From NCBI GenBank assembly GCA_018701215.1, contig JABIWH010000057.1:132519-196518 (forward strand): 64,000 nucleotides of DNA, written 5' to 3'. The notes beneath the pieces are model-generated. The model did not search any database and had not been told where the DNA came from. It saw nothing but the letters and a program-made list of their open reading frames with translations. Shown in pieces: positions 9,622-19,137 of this stretch. Within the stretch, counting starts at the first letter, position 1; each line of letters begins with the position of its first letter. The translations under genes and the position numbers were made by a program. The DNA comes from Rhodospirillaceae bacterium. Lineage in GTDB: Bacteria; Pseudomonadota; Alphaproteobacteria; GCA-2731375.

Positions 9622-10134
9622 TCATTGCGCCGTTGATACAGTCGTATCCTTGACTTGCCAGCGATATATCAAAACGGGCCCCCTGAGAGACTGCGTCGTT
9701 CCAAACGCATGCCATCCACGACGCACCAAAATGCCCTCAGCGGTGTCTGTCGAAGTGTAAATAGACGGGAAGTTCAACCGAGCCGCCTCTTCCTCGATAG
9801 CCTTGACAAGAGCTGTCCCGACCCCTTTGCCTTTGTGCTCTTGGCTTACGAGCACCGCAGCCAGCCACGGTCCCACACCAAGTTCGCTGCCAACCGATTT
9901 TGTTTTGAGCGCAGCAGTTCCGAGCATTTGACCGTTCTCGTCGACCGCAATCAAACAGATCGGCAATTTATTCTTGCTACTGCATTCCGCGAGATCGCTT
10001 TCCGCGTTGCCTTGGCCATTAGGGCCGTACCACGGACCCCATTCGTCAATGAACCATTTCGCTAGTATTGGCGCGATGTCAGGAGAATCTATGAGATGTC
10101 CAATGCGCATATTTCGAGCTGAGATGTCCATCAT
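9622..10134 (-). CDS. GNAT family N-acetyltransferase
   Basis: GPWLAAVLVSQEHKGKGVGTALV acetyl-CoA motif A; lower GC than flanking genes. Confidence 0.88.
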   Translation of the reverse strand: MMDISARNMRIGHLIDSPDIAPILAKWFIDEWGPWYGPNGQGNAESDLAECSSKNKLPICLIAVDENGQMLGTAALKTKSVGSELGVGPWLAAVLVSQEHKGKGVGTALVKAIEEEAARLNFPSIYTSTDTAEGILVRRGWHAFGTTQSLRGPVLIYRWQVKDTTVSTAQ

Positions 10135-10358
10135 CAATATTCTATAGGTTGGGCATTTCTTAGCGGAATGACGTTTTCATGAGCCAGCATTCTAAAAGAA
10201 TAATCTGGCGGGAAAACCAATATTGGCAGTCTTAATTGACCGCGGCCAATTTGAACGGCAAATGCTCCTGGCAAAACATCTGCCACTGACCCGCATCTAT
10301 TCTACTGGGCACAATCCGCGCTTTACGCGTTCCGCGTTGGCCACCATATCGGCATCGT

Positions 10359-11039
10359 TCAAGGCATGCCGAAACCATGAAAATGGGCGACGTTGGCGAT
10401 ATCCTCGCGGTCGCTGACCAGGGTGTTTTCGATCGCCTTGTCATTCGCATAACCAAGGCACATGCCGGTGACCAGGACTTGGTCGTCGGGAATGCCTAGA
10501 TGGCGGAAAATCGGTTCCTGAAACTGGATCCAGGCGGCCTGGGGACAGGTATCCAGGCCCATGCCCCGCGCCGCCAGCATCAGGGTTTGAATATACATAC
10601 CCGTATCGGCCCAATTGCCCCGGCCCAGATAGGCATCCGTGGTTACAAAGATGCCAACCGGAGCATCGAAAAACTGAAAATTCCGCGCCCCTTGCCTTGC
10701 ACTGCCCTCGCGGTCGCCCTTCTCAATTCCAAGCAGGCCGTACAGGCCCCAGCCAACACCACGGCGGCGGTCGCGGTGGACGTCGTTCCAGACCGGTGGG
10801 TAATAGTCGTAGTCCTCGTACGTGGCCGCCTTGCCCTCCGCCGCCAGGGCCAAGACATCGTCGATGATCGCCTGGCGGACCTCGCCGGCGCAGATATAGA
10901 CGTGCCAGGGCTGGGTGTTGGTGCCGCTGGGCGCCCGTTGGGAGACGTCCAGGATTTGCTCAATCGTCTCCCGCGATACCGGCTGATCGGTAAAGGCGCG
11001 GATTGATTTGCGGGATTTGATCGCGTCAAGAACGTCCAT
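10359..11039 (-). CDS. FMN-dependent nitroreductase family protein
   Basis: SRKSIRAF, APSGTNTQPW, NFQFFDAPVG, GLDTCPQAAW motifs. Confidence 0.92.
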   Translation of the reverse strand: MDVLDAIKSRKSIRAFTDQPVSRETIEQILDVSQRAPSGTNTQPWHVYICAGEVRQAIIDDVLALAAEGKAATYEDYDYYPPVWNDVHRDRRRGVGWGLYGLLGIEKGDREGSARQGARNFQFFDAPVGIFVTTDAYLGRGNWADTGMYIQTLMLAARGMGLDTCPQAAWIQFQEPIFRHLGIPDDQVLVTGMCLGYANDKAIENTLVSDREDIANVAHFHGFGMP

Positions 11040-11061
11040 GCTTACCTCTTGGCTTCATCGT

Positions 11062-11496
11062 CTAGACCGGTTCGGCGATGAACACCGGGATCTTGCGGTC
11101 TGTTTTCTCTTGATATTCGATATAGGGCGGAAACACCGCCGCACCGGCATCCCACAGACGCTGGCGTTCTGGATCTTCCGTCACCTCGCGGACGCGCATT
11201 TTGAAGACCTCGGTCTTATCGCGGATTTCCACATCCCCGTTGGCCCGCAGGTTGTAGACCCAGACGGGGTTTTTCTCCCGCCCGCCGTAGGAGCCGACCA
11301 GCACATAGCTGCCGTCAACTTCGACCCGCATCAGTGGAATTTTCCGTATGCCGCCGGTCTTGTTGCCCATATGGGTGACGATGATGCAGGGCATGCCGGT
11401 TTCCCGCAGGGTCGAACCTTCGGTGCCGCCGCTGCCTTCGTACAATTCGACTTGTTCTCGGACCCAATCCAAGGTCGGGGGAATATAGTCAGCCAT
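11062..11496 (-). CDS. Deazaflavin (F420)-dependent nitroreductase/quinone reductase family (Ddn/FDOR-A-like)
   Basis: WVREQVELYE, G.KTG..RK.PL, SYGG..KNPVWVYNLRAN, YQEKTDRKIPVF motifs. Confidence 0.88.
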   Translation of the reverse strand: MADYIPPTLDWVREQVELYEGSGGTEGSTLRETGMPCIIVTHMGNKTGGIRKIPLMRVEVDGSYVLVGSYGGREKNPVWVYNLRANGDVEIRDKTEVFKMRVREVTEDPERQRLWDAGAAVFPPYIEYQEKTDRKIPVFIAEPV

Positions 11497-11621
11497 GGGG
11501 TTTTCCTATCTGTTTGAGCGCATTGGTGCATTGATGATAGCATCATAGCGGCGGACCTTCGGTGATTATTCCGCCACGTCTTGCTGGGCATCCTGCCCGG
11601 CGTCAATCGGGAGATAGTGAT

Positions 11622-13004
11622 TTGAACGACGCAGTTGAAGCAAACGTCCTGCCCAACGAAGACGCCCTGAAAGCGGCGGGCAGCGAGCATCTGTTTATCC
11701 ATGCCTCATCCTATCGTGCCCTGGCCAATGACACTAGCAAACGCATTCTGGTGGAAGGCGATGGCGCCATCGTCAAGGATATCGAGGGCAAGGAATATAT
11801 CGACGGTCTGGCGGGCCTGTGGCTGGTCAACGCCGGACATGGCCGCCAGGAAATCGCCGATGCTTATGCCCGCCAGGCCGGCACCCTGGCCTATGCCAGC
11901 TCAACCCAGGCAACCACTATTCCGGCGATTGAGCTGGCGACACGGCTGGCGGAGCTGACGCCCGGTGATCAGGCCACGGCGTTTTTCTGTTCGGGCGGCT
12001 CGGAAGCGGTTGAAAGCGCCATCAAGATCGCGCGGCAATATCACTATTTCAATGGCGAACCGAAACGTTCCAAGATCATCGGGCGGCGGGGCTCTTATCA
12101 CGGCGCCACATACGGCGCCATGAGCGTCAGCGGCACCCGGCCCGCCTCCGAGCCCTATCACAGCCCCTTCATGCATGGGGTGCTGCATGCCTCGCCGCCC
12201 TATTGCTACCGCTGTGACTTCCGCCACAGCTTTCCCGGCTGCGATCTGCTCTGCGCCGATCAGATCGAACAGATTATCAACTACGAAAACCCGAAAACCG
12301 TGGCGGCGGTGATTGCCGAGCCGATCTCGGCCTCGGGCGGTATCGTGGTGCCGCCTGACGGCTATTGGGCGCGCCTGCGCGAGATTTGCGACCGCCATGG
12401 CATCCTGTTGATCACCGACGAAGTGATTAACGGCTTTGGCCGCACCGGCCGCATGTTCGCCTCGGAACATTGGGATCTGGTCGGCGATATCATGACCATC
12501 GCCAAGGGCCTGGCCAGCGGCTATGCCCCCATTGGCGCCGTGATGTGCCGCCCGCATGTCGTTGAAGCTTTCGAGGGCGACAACAAGCTGTCGCACCTGT
12601 TGACCTACGGCGGCCATGCCGCCGCCTGTGCCGCCGCGCTGAAAAATCTGGAAATTTTCGAGCGCGAGGGCCTGGTGGCGAATTCCCAGAGCATGGGTGC
12701 CCGTTTGCGCGCGGGCCTGGAAGGGTTATCCGATCATCCTTGCGTGGGCGAGGTGCGGGGCCTGGGCCTGCTGGTCGGCCTGGAAATGGTCAAGGACAAG
12801 GACAGCAAGGAGAAGTTCGCCGAAGACGGCCCGGAACTGAAAACCCTGGGCGAAGGCCTGGCCGAACGCGGTCTGTTGACCCGCATCGGCGGTGTCCTGC
12901 CGCTCTCCCCGCCGCTGTGCATCACGGCGGAGCAGGTCGACCGTACGGTGGCTATTATCGACGACAGCCTGACCGAGATGGAAGCGGCGCACGGTATTGG
13001 CTGA
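11622..13004 (+). CDS. Class III (omega) PLP-dependent aminotransferase
   Basis: GLWLVNAGHG, SGGSEAVE, SYHG, DEVINGFGRTG, AKGLASGY; TTG start after GGGAGA. Confidence 0.92.
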   Translation: MNDAVEANVLPNEDALKAAGSEHLFIHASSYRALANDTSKRILVEGDGAIVKDIEGKEYIDGLAGLWLVNAGHGRQEIADAYARQAGTLAYASSTQATTIPAIELATRLAELTPGDQATAFFCSGGSEAVESAIKIARQYHYFNGEPKRSKIIGRRGSYHGATYGAMSVSGTRPASEPYHSPFMHGVLHASPPYCYRCDFRHSFPGCDLLCADQIEQIINYENPKTVAAVIAEPISASGGIVVPPDGYWARLREICDRHGILLITDEVINGFGRTGRMFASEHWDLVGDIMTIAKGLASGYAPIGAVMCRPHVVEAFEGDNKLSHLLTYGGHAAACAAALKNLEIFEREGLVANSQSMGARLRAGLEGLSDHPCVGEVRGLGLLVGLEMVKDKDSKEKFAEDGPELKTLGEGLAERGLLTRIGGVLPLSPPLCITAEQVDRTVAIIDDSLTEMEAAHGIG

Positions 13005-13030
13005 TTAGAGCAGTTCCGAAATTTAGCTAC

Positions 13031-13100
13031 CCACCCGCGCGCCCGTCCCGGCCAGCCACAGAGTACCATTAATGGGTGGCCGGGACGGGCGCGCGGGTGG
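13031..13100. repeat. 24-bp perfect inverted repeat between convergent genes (REPIN/MITE-like)
   Basis: CCACCCGCGCGCCCGTCCCGGCCA (13031-13054) and its exact reverse complement (13077-13100). Confidence 0.9.
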
Positions 13101-13130
13101 CACGGCGATTCGATGAATATCGAATATGGT

Positions 13131-14048
13131 TTAGATGCCGAAGTCGCCTTCGCGCAGGGTTTCGGCGATTTGTTTTTCGGCCTGGTGGCCCATCAGGTGC
13201 ACGCCGGCGATACCCGGCATCGCCTTTAGGGCCTGAATGAGTTCGATGCAGATGCGCCGGCCCTCGGCGGCGGGATCGCGCGCATCCTCTAGTCGGGCGA
13301 TCAGCGCGTCGGGAATAATGGTGCCGAACAGGTTATCGCGCATCCAGCGGGCCTGCCGGGCCGAGGCCAGCGGCGCCAGGCCGATCAGTATTGGCAAGCG
13401 GCTGGGGATATCGAATTCCGCCAGCCTGGCGACGTAGCGGCCAAGGATCTCGACATCGAAACAGAACTGCGTCTGCGCGAAATCAGCGCCGGTCTCGATT
13501 TTGCTCATCAGCCGGTCAGGCCGCCAATCCGGGGCTGGGTCGATCGGCATATCGGCCACTCCGACGAAATAGCGCGGGGCCGGCTTGATCTCGCGGCCCG
13601 AGGGCAATTTGCCTTGATCCCGCATCGCGGTCGCCAGCTGTACCAAACCGCTGGCGTCCATGTCGTGCACGGCGCTGGCCTCCGGTTCGTCGCCATTTGT
13701 CAGCGGATCGCCGGAAAGGCACAGCACATTGGGAACGGCAAAGCCCGAGACGCCCAGCAAATCCCGCTCCAGGGCCAGCTTATTGCGGTCCCGGGTGGTG
13801 AACTGCATCACCGCTTCCAGGCCGTTCTCAGCCTGCATGAAATGGGCCGCGGCGAAGCTGGAAAGATGCGCCTTGGCGCCCGCGCCGTCGGTCACATTGA
13901 CCGCATGCACCAGGTCCACCAGCGGCGCGGTGCGCTGCACCACCTTGGCCGGGTCGGCGGTGAGGGGCGGGGTAGTTTCGGCGGTGATGGCAAAGCCGCC
14001 CTCGGCAAGGACGCGTTCGAGGCGGCCAGAACTCTTACTATCTGTCAT
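13131..14048 (-). CDS. metF: Methylenetetrahydrofolate reductase family
   Basis: TAETTPP, NVTDGAGA, RDRNKLAL, LCLSGD, GADFAQTQFCFD, GVHLM motifs. Confidence 0.85.
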   Translation of the reverse strand: MTDSKSSGRLERVLAEGGFAITAETTPPLTADPAKVVQRTAPLVDLVHAVNVTDGAGAKAHLSSFAAAHFMQAENGLEAVMQFTTRDRNKLALERDLLGVSGFAVPNVLCLSGDPLTNGDEPEASAVHDMDASGLVQLATAMRDQGKLPSGREIKPAPRYFVGVADMPIDPAPDWRPDRLMSKIETGADFAQTQFCFDVEILGRYVARLAEFDIPSRLPILIGLAPLASARQARWMRDNLFGTIIPDALIARLEDARDPAAEGRRICIELIQALKAMPGIAGVHLMGHQAEKQIAETLREGDFGI

Positions 14049-14105
14049 GATGTGTATGCTAATCAGATCTGGACGGCGGGAACAGCTTTTTTGTCGGGTG
14101 CAGGA

Positions 14106-16442
14106 TCAGCGCTTAGTGCCTTGCTTGGCGGCCTCGATCGCCCGCCAGACGCGCTGGGGCGTGGCCGGCATGTCCACATGCTTGACGCCGAATTCAGAAA
14201 GCGCATCGACGATGGCGTTGATCAACAGACCCAACGCGGGCGTCGTGCCGCCCTCGCCCCCCGGCCGGATGCCATGCGGGTGAGAGCTGGCCGGCACCTC
14301 CATGATCACGGTCTTGATCATCGGCATGGTATCGGCGCGCGGCATGGCATAGTCCTGGAACGAGCCGCTTAAAAGCTGCGCACTGTCCGGGTCATAGTGG
14401 ATTTCCTCCAACAGGGCCTGACCCAGACCCTGCATAACCGCGCCATGGGCCTGGCCATGTAAAATCAGCGGATTGACCGCCAGCCCCACATCGTCGACGC
14501 CGGTCCAGGCGGCGATCGTCACCTGGCCGGTGTCCGGATCGACTTCCACCTCGCAGACATGGGCGCCGTAGGGGTAGCCGCCGGCGCGGTTGGTGATATC
14601 GCCGGCGCTTTCCAGGCCGCCGGCCGCACGCGCGACCTCCCATAAATCCATGCTGCCCCCGCCCGGCGCCGCAAAGGCGCCGTCTTGGAAAGTGATGTCG
14701 TCCTCCGCCGCCTGCAATATATGCGCCGCTATGGCCTTGCCCTTGGCCAGCAATTCCGCCACCGCCTCGCCCAGGGCGATGGAGACCAGCCGCATGGAGC
14801 GGCCCGAGTGCGAGCCGCCGCCAACCGAAACCCGGTCGGTGTCGTTGGTGATGTAACGTACTTTTTCGAACGGGATCTGCAGCCATTCGCAAAGCAATTG
14901 CGGAAAGCTGGTTTCGTGGCCCTGGCCGCTGCTCATGGTGCCGACGACGAATTCGATGCAGCCATCGTCGCAGACGGTTAATTCGGCCCGCTCCCGGGGG
15001 ATGCCGGAGGTAATCTCGATATAGTTGGCGACGCCGATACCCCGGCACAGCCCGCGCGCGGCAGCCTCGGCCCGGCGGCTTGGAAAGCCGGCCCAATCGG
15101 CCTCGTCCAAGGCCCGGTCCATGGCGGCCAGATAGTTGCCGCTGTCATAGGTGGCGCCGACCCCGTTGGTATAGGGCATGGCGTCGGGGGGGATGAGATT
15201 GCGGCGGCGCAGCTCGACCCGGTCAAAGCCGCATGTATCGGCGGCCAGTTCGATTAGCCGTTCGATCATGTAGATCGCTTCCGGGCGCCCGGCGCTGCGA
15301 TAGACCGCCGTTGGCGCCGTGTTGGTCAACACCGCATGGCCCTGAAAATGCACGGCGGGAATGTCATAGACGCTCTGCATCATCGAAAGGCCCTTGCGCA
15401 AGGGCCAGAAAAACACCGTATAGGCGCCCAGGTTCATGGTGTTGACGCCGCGCAGGCCGAGAAAATTGCCTTCCGCATCCAACGCCAATTCAGCGTTCGA
15501 GGCCAGGTCGCGCGCCTGATAGTCGGAGAGGAAGCATTCGGATCTGGTGGCGGTCCATTTGACTGGGCGCCCGACGCGTTTGGCGGCCCAGGGCAGCAAG
15601 GCATACTCGGGAAAAAAGGCGTTGCGGGTGCCAAAATTGCCCCCCATATCGCCAAACACACAGCGGCAATTCTCCACCGAGACACCCAAGGTCGCGGCCA
15701 GGCGATCACGGCTGCGCACGACGCCGGCGCCCGACCCCGTGCGCAGGGTATAACGCCCGCTCGACCGATCATATTCGCCGACAACCCCGCGCGGTTCCAT
15801 GGGGCTGCCGGTGACCCGGTGGATCCAGCCGTCAAACTCAACCACATGCGCCGCCGCCGCGAAGGCGCGATCCGTCGCCTCGCTGTCGCCGACCTCGCAG
15901 GTCAATGCCAGATTTTCCGCACAATCCGGCCAAACTTGCGCTGCGCCGGGCGCCATGGCATCGCGGGCATGCACCACCGAGGGCAGCTCCTGATAATCAA
16001 CGTCGACCAGTTCGGCGGCATCGATAGCGGCGGCCACTGTCTCGGCCACCACCATGGCCAACGCCTCGCCCACGTAGCGCACGGTATCGAGTGGCAGGGC
16101 GGTATTCTCCGTCACGAAGACCTCGAAACCATCCGGCAGACGCAGGGTGGCATCCGGCGGCCCGACCCAATCGGGATTATGCGGAATGGCTCCCAGGCCA
16201 TCGGCGGCGGCGTCCGCGCCGGTTAGTACGGCAAGCACACCGGGCGAGGCCATGGCCTGTGTAATGTCGATGGCACGGATTTCCGCATGGGCGTGCGGCG
16301 AGCGCACCATGGCGGCGTGGCAAAGCTGCTCTGTGGAAAAATCGGCGGAAAACCGCCCTTGGCCCACCAGAAGCCGATGGTCCTCCACCCTGGCGAGCGG
16401 CGCGCCGATGCCATCGGTGCGGTTTGGACTCTGAACTGGCAC
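14106..16442 (-). CDS. Xanthine dehydrogenase/CoxL-like molybdopterin-binding large subunit
   Basis: RVEDHRLLVGQGRF, VRSPHAHA, GGNFG, VYRSAGRPE, GQGHETSF, GGEGG; GTG 16442 after AGAGGA. Confidence 0.92.
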   Translation of the reverse strand: MPVQSPNRTDGIGAPLARVEDHRLLVGQGRFSADFSTEQLCHAAMVRSPHAHAEIRAIDITQAMASPGVLAVLTGADAAADGLGAIPHNPDWVGPPDATLRLPDGFEVFVTENTALPLDTVRYVGEALAMVVAETVAAAIDAAELVDVDYQELPSVVHARDAMAPGAAQVWPDCAENLALTCEVGDSEATDRAFAAAAHVVEFDGWIHRVTGSPMEPRGVVGEYDRSSGRYTLRTGSGAGVVRSRDRLAATLGVSVENCRCVFGDMGGNFGTRNAFFPEYALLPWAAKRVGRPVKWTATRSECFLSDYQARDLASNAELALDAEGNFLGLRGVNTMNLGAYTVFFWPLRKGLSMMQSVYDIPAVHFQGHAVLTNTAPTAVYRSAGRPEAIYMIERLIELAADTCGFDRVELRRRNLIPPDAMPYTNGVGATYDSGNYLAAMDRALDEADWAGFPSRRAEAAARGLCRGIGVANYIEITSGIPRERAELTVCDDGCIEFVVGTMSSGQGHETSFPQLLCEWLQIPFEKVRYITNDTDRVSVGGGSHSGRSMRLVSIALGEAVAELLAKGKAIAAHILQAAEDDITFQDGAFAAPGGGSMDLWEVARAAGGLESAGDITNRAGGYPYGAHVCEVEVDPDTGQVTIAAWTGVDDVGLAVNPLILHGQAHGAVMQGLGQALLEEIHYDPDSAQLLSGSFQDYAMPRADTMPMIKTVIMEVPASSHPHGIRPGGEGGTTPALGLLINAIVDALSEFGVKHVDMPATPQRVWRAIEAAKQGTKR

Positions 16443-16459
16443 TCTTTTACATCCTCTAG

Positions 16460-18040
16460 CTAGCCGCCAACGGCATCGCCGATGCGTTGGCCGTAGTACG
16501 TTGCCCCACCCGGTGTGGAGACGCTTACCGTCGCCTCTCCGCCATCCCGTTGAAAGGCGATGATGGACGGCCAAACTTTCCAGCGAAACTTGCCGTCGGC
16601 GCAATAGTGTAGCGGCACCTTGTAGGGCGGGAAGACCTCACCGCTGGTGTCATCCTGGCCATCGGTATACAGGACGCCGTCCTCGAAAAACACATCGAGG
16701 GTATTAACGGCGGCCAGGAAGCCGTGGATCACATAGCGGCCGCTGAAAGCCGCCAGATCGTCGCCCGTATAATCCGCCGGCGGGGCATAAAGATAACCGG
16801 GAATTTCGACCTCGCCGGTGGCAAGCGTGCGGTGGAACAGCAGGCAGTCCCAGGCATTGCCGGCGCAGACTGGCTGATAGCGAAGATTGCTGCGGTCCGG
16901 ACGCTCAACCGCGAGCCAGTCCGCGACAGGACCGTCACCGGGCGCCGTGCGCAGATCCAGGAAATAGCAATCGTGCGCCACCTTGGCATAGGCCGCCTGG
17001 TTGCTGTCGGGCCGGGGCGGCTCGCCTTTCAGCGAGCGTTCGGAGGTGGTGCCGATGAAAAGCGTGTCATCACGGCCAAAACGAGAGGCGTAATACGAGC
17101 CCATGGAGGTGGCTTTCTGTACCCGCACGGGATGCAATTGCAAATGCGTGTTATGGGCGCCCAGCACCATGCCGGCATCCGCGCCCTCGCGCTCCCTGAC
17201 CCAGCGCAGGGACTCCGCCATGGAGACATCGCGCACATTCCAAAGTTGGCGCACGCCGATATCAAAATCGGCTTCGGTCTGGGCCAAGGCCAGGAAGACA
17301 TCGCGCATGATCTGCGCGCAGCGCAGGGCCCAGTCGTAATCGTCGTGCGAAGAGGCGGCGGTATAGGCGAGCCGCGCCTGTTCGATGCGGCTGACCACCA
17401 GGGACGCCGCGCCGATCAGATCCCGGAACCTCTCGGGCGACACTTCAGTGCGGCTCTGCAGGGTGATTTCTTCCACTGCCCGCCCGAAATTCCGGGCGAT
17501 GTCGTCGGCCAGGGCCTGATCAACCTTGCTGGCGAAGTCATGTACCGCGGCATAGGCAAAACGGGCATGGCCCCAGTTGCCGGTGCCGTCCATGCTGTAA
17601 AAACGCAGCTCCCTTGGCCGGTCCGGGTTGGCATTCCAGTCCCGCATCCAGCGTATCAGCTCGTTCAATTCGGCCCAGACGCCCCAGACATTGTTGATGC
17701 AGGCGGCGATGTCGTCCCAGTCATCATCGGCGCCGGCGACATAATTATGTACACGCCGGCCTTCAACCAAGCCGGCCTCAAGCACGAAGGTGGTAAAGCC
17801 ATGTTCCAGTGCCAGGTATTTGAACAACCGCGCCCGCCATCGGTTCCATTCGTGCAGATAATGCGCGCTCTCGCCCACGGCGATGACGCGCTTGGAGCCA
17901 ATCACCTCAGCAATGAAGTCAAGGTCATCGTAGTCGTCATCATGCCGGGGAATGGACAGGGCAACGGCCTGTGTCTGGGCCCAGGCGACAAAGGCATCCT
18001 CGGATGGCTGTTGCCCGATTGACCGCGCTGACTCGTCCAT
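16460..18040 (-). CDS. Erythromycin esterase family protein with C-terminal extension
   Basis: RVIAVGESAH, GFTTFVLEAG, LIRWMRDWN, RDVSMAE, GAHNTH motifs. Confidence 0.82.
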   Translation of the reverse strand: MDESARSIGQQPSEDAFVAWAQTQAVALSIPRHDDDYDDLDFIAEVIGSKRVIAVGESAHYLHEWNRWRARLFKYLALEHGFTTFVLEAGLVEGRRVHNYVAGADDDWDDIAACINNVWGVWAELNELIRWMRDWNANPDRPRELRFYSMDGTGNWGHARFAYAAVHDFASKVDQALADDIARNFGRAVEEITLQSRTEVSPERFRDLIGAASLVVSRIEQARLAYTAASSHDDYDWALRCAQIMRDVFLALAQTEADFDIGVRQLWNVRDVSMAESLRWVREREGADAGMVLGAHNTHLQLHPVRVQKATSMGSYYASRFGRDDTLFIGTTSERSLKGEPPRPDSNQAAYAKVAHDCYFLDLRTAPGDGPVADWLAVERPDRSNLRYQPVCAGNAWDCLLFHRTLATGEVEIPGYLYAPPADYTGDDLAAFSGRYVIHGFLAAVNTLDVFFEDGVLYTDGQDDTSGEVFPPYKVPLHYCADGKFRWKVWPSIIAFQRDGGEATVSVSTPGGATYYGQRIGDAVGG

Positions 18041-18197
18041 GGTTCCGCCCGCCTGCTTTTTTCGATATTCTGCAAGGAGACTAGCGAATTGATCTGGGCA
18101 AAGCTACCTGCCGCCGGATTGTGCTAGAATTGCAAATGCGTAAGTTTGGAAAACCCTTTCAGCTGCCCGCAGGGAGCGCGGGCGATTGGTAGTGTTT

Positions 18198-19076
18198 ATG
18201 ACGGAAAAATCGGAAAATCCTTCGAATTCCACCGGCGATCAGGCGCATGCCCCGCACAGCGCCGATGATTGGGAAGTGCTATTTGAAGATCCTCAAAACG
18301 GCCTGATCGCGATGATCGCACAGGCCCATAGCCTGGACGCCTTGGCACGCAGCACCCGTTCGACGCTGCTGCAACTGCTGGTCCATGAAGACGAGCGTGC
18401 CCGGTTGGCGGACTACGAGCGGCGATTGGCGGTTATTGTCGGCTCTGATGCCCAGGCGCCCGATATCGAGCAGGCCCGCCTGGAGATCATAGCGCTGCTG
18501 CGGCAGTTGAAGGAAGAAGGCAAGCGGGCCGCGGTAATGCCAGATGAAGGCAAGCAGGCAAGCGAGGCAAAAACAGCTGGCCGCGCGCGGCGCGGACCCG
18601 CTGCGAGGCGTATGGGTTCTTCATGGATGTTGGGGTTGTTAGGGCTGTTGGGTCTGGACGGGCTGCAATTTTCGCAGGTCAACAAGATCGGCATCATTAC
18701 CATTTGCGCCTCTGCCTTGTTGGTGATCGTCGTGCTTGCGGTCTATCTGCGCGGCCCAGAGATGCCGGCGCAAGAGCGCGAGGCCGTTGCCGCGCTGCTG
18801 CTTGCCCACGGTGAAAGTGCAAGGCCTGAAGACAGTTGGGAAATCGAGAGCAGCCGATTGGGCGCGGAGGGAAAATTCACGCTTGTTTTTCAGCTCGGCA
18901 ATGCACGGCATATCTCCCTGTTCCGTTCGTTGAGCGCCATGAAACGCGCCAAGATCGCTGTCGATCTTTGTCCGCGGGATGGCGAACTTTTAGACAAAAT
19001 CGCCGCCTATGAGAAACGGATCAGGATTGAGATAAAGCAAGGCGGCAATGTTTTGACGGCGGCCTCTTGCCCTTGA
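18198..19076 (+). CDS. Hypothetical membrane-anchored protein
   Basis: Open frame with helical N-terminus (DWEVLFEDPQNGLI), central TM segment and two C-terminal Cys. Confidence 0.65.
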   Translation: MTEKSENPSNSTGDQAHAPHSADDWEVLFEDPQNGLIAMIAQAHSLDALARSTRSTLLQLLVHEDERARLADYERRLAVIVGSDAQAPDIEQARLEIIALLRQLKEEGKRAAVMPDEGKQASEAKTAGRARRGPAARRMGSSWMLGLLGLLGLDGLQFSQVNKIGIITICASALLVIVVLAVYLRGPEMPAQEREAVAALLLAHGESARPEDSWEIESSRLGAEGKFTLVFQLGNARHISLFRSLSAMKRAKIAVDLCPRDGELLDKIAAYEKRIRIEIKQGGNVLTAASCP

Positions 19077-19137
19077 TGCTTCGTCTGCATAGATCGCATT
19101 GCATGGGCGGCATTCGCCAGCTACTCTAAAAACATCA

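Noticed and set aside
14106-16442. Calling this gene coxL (aerobic CO dehydrogenase)
   Set aside because: It lacks the AYxCSFR Cu-binding motif and has no coxMS neighbours
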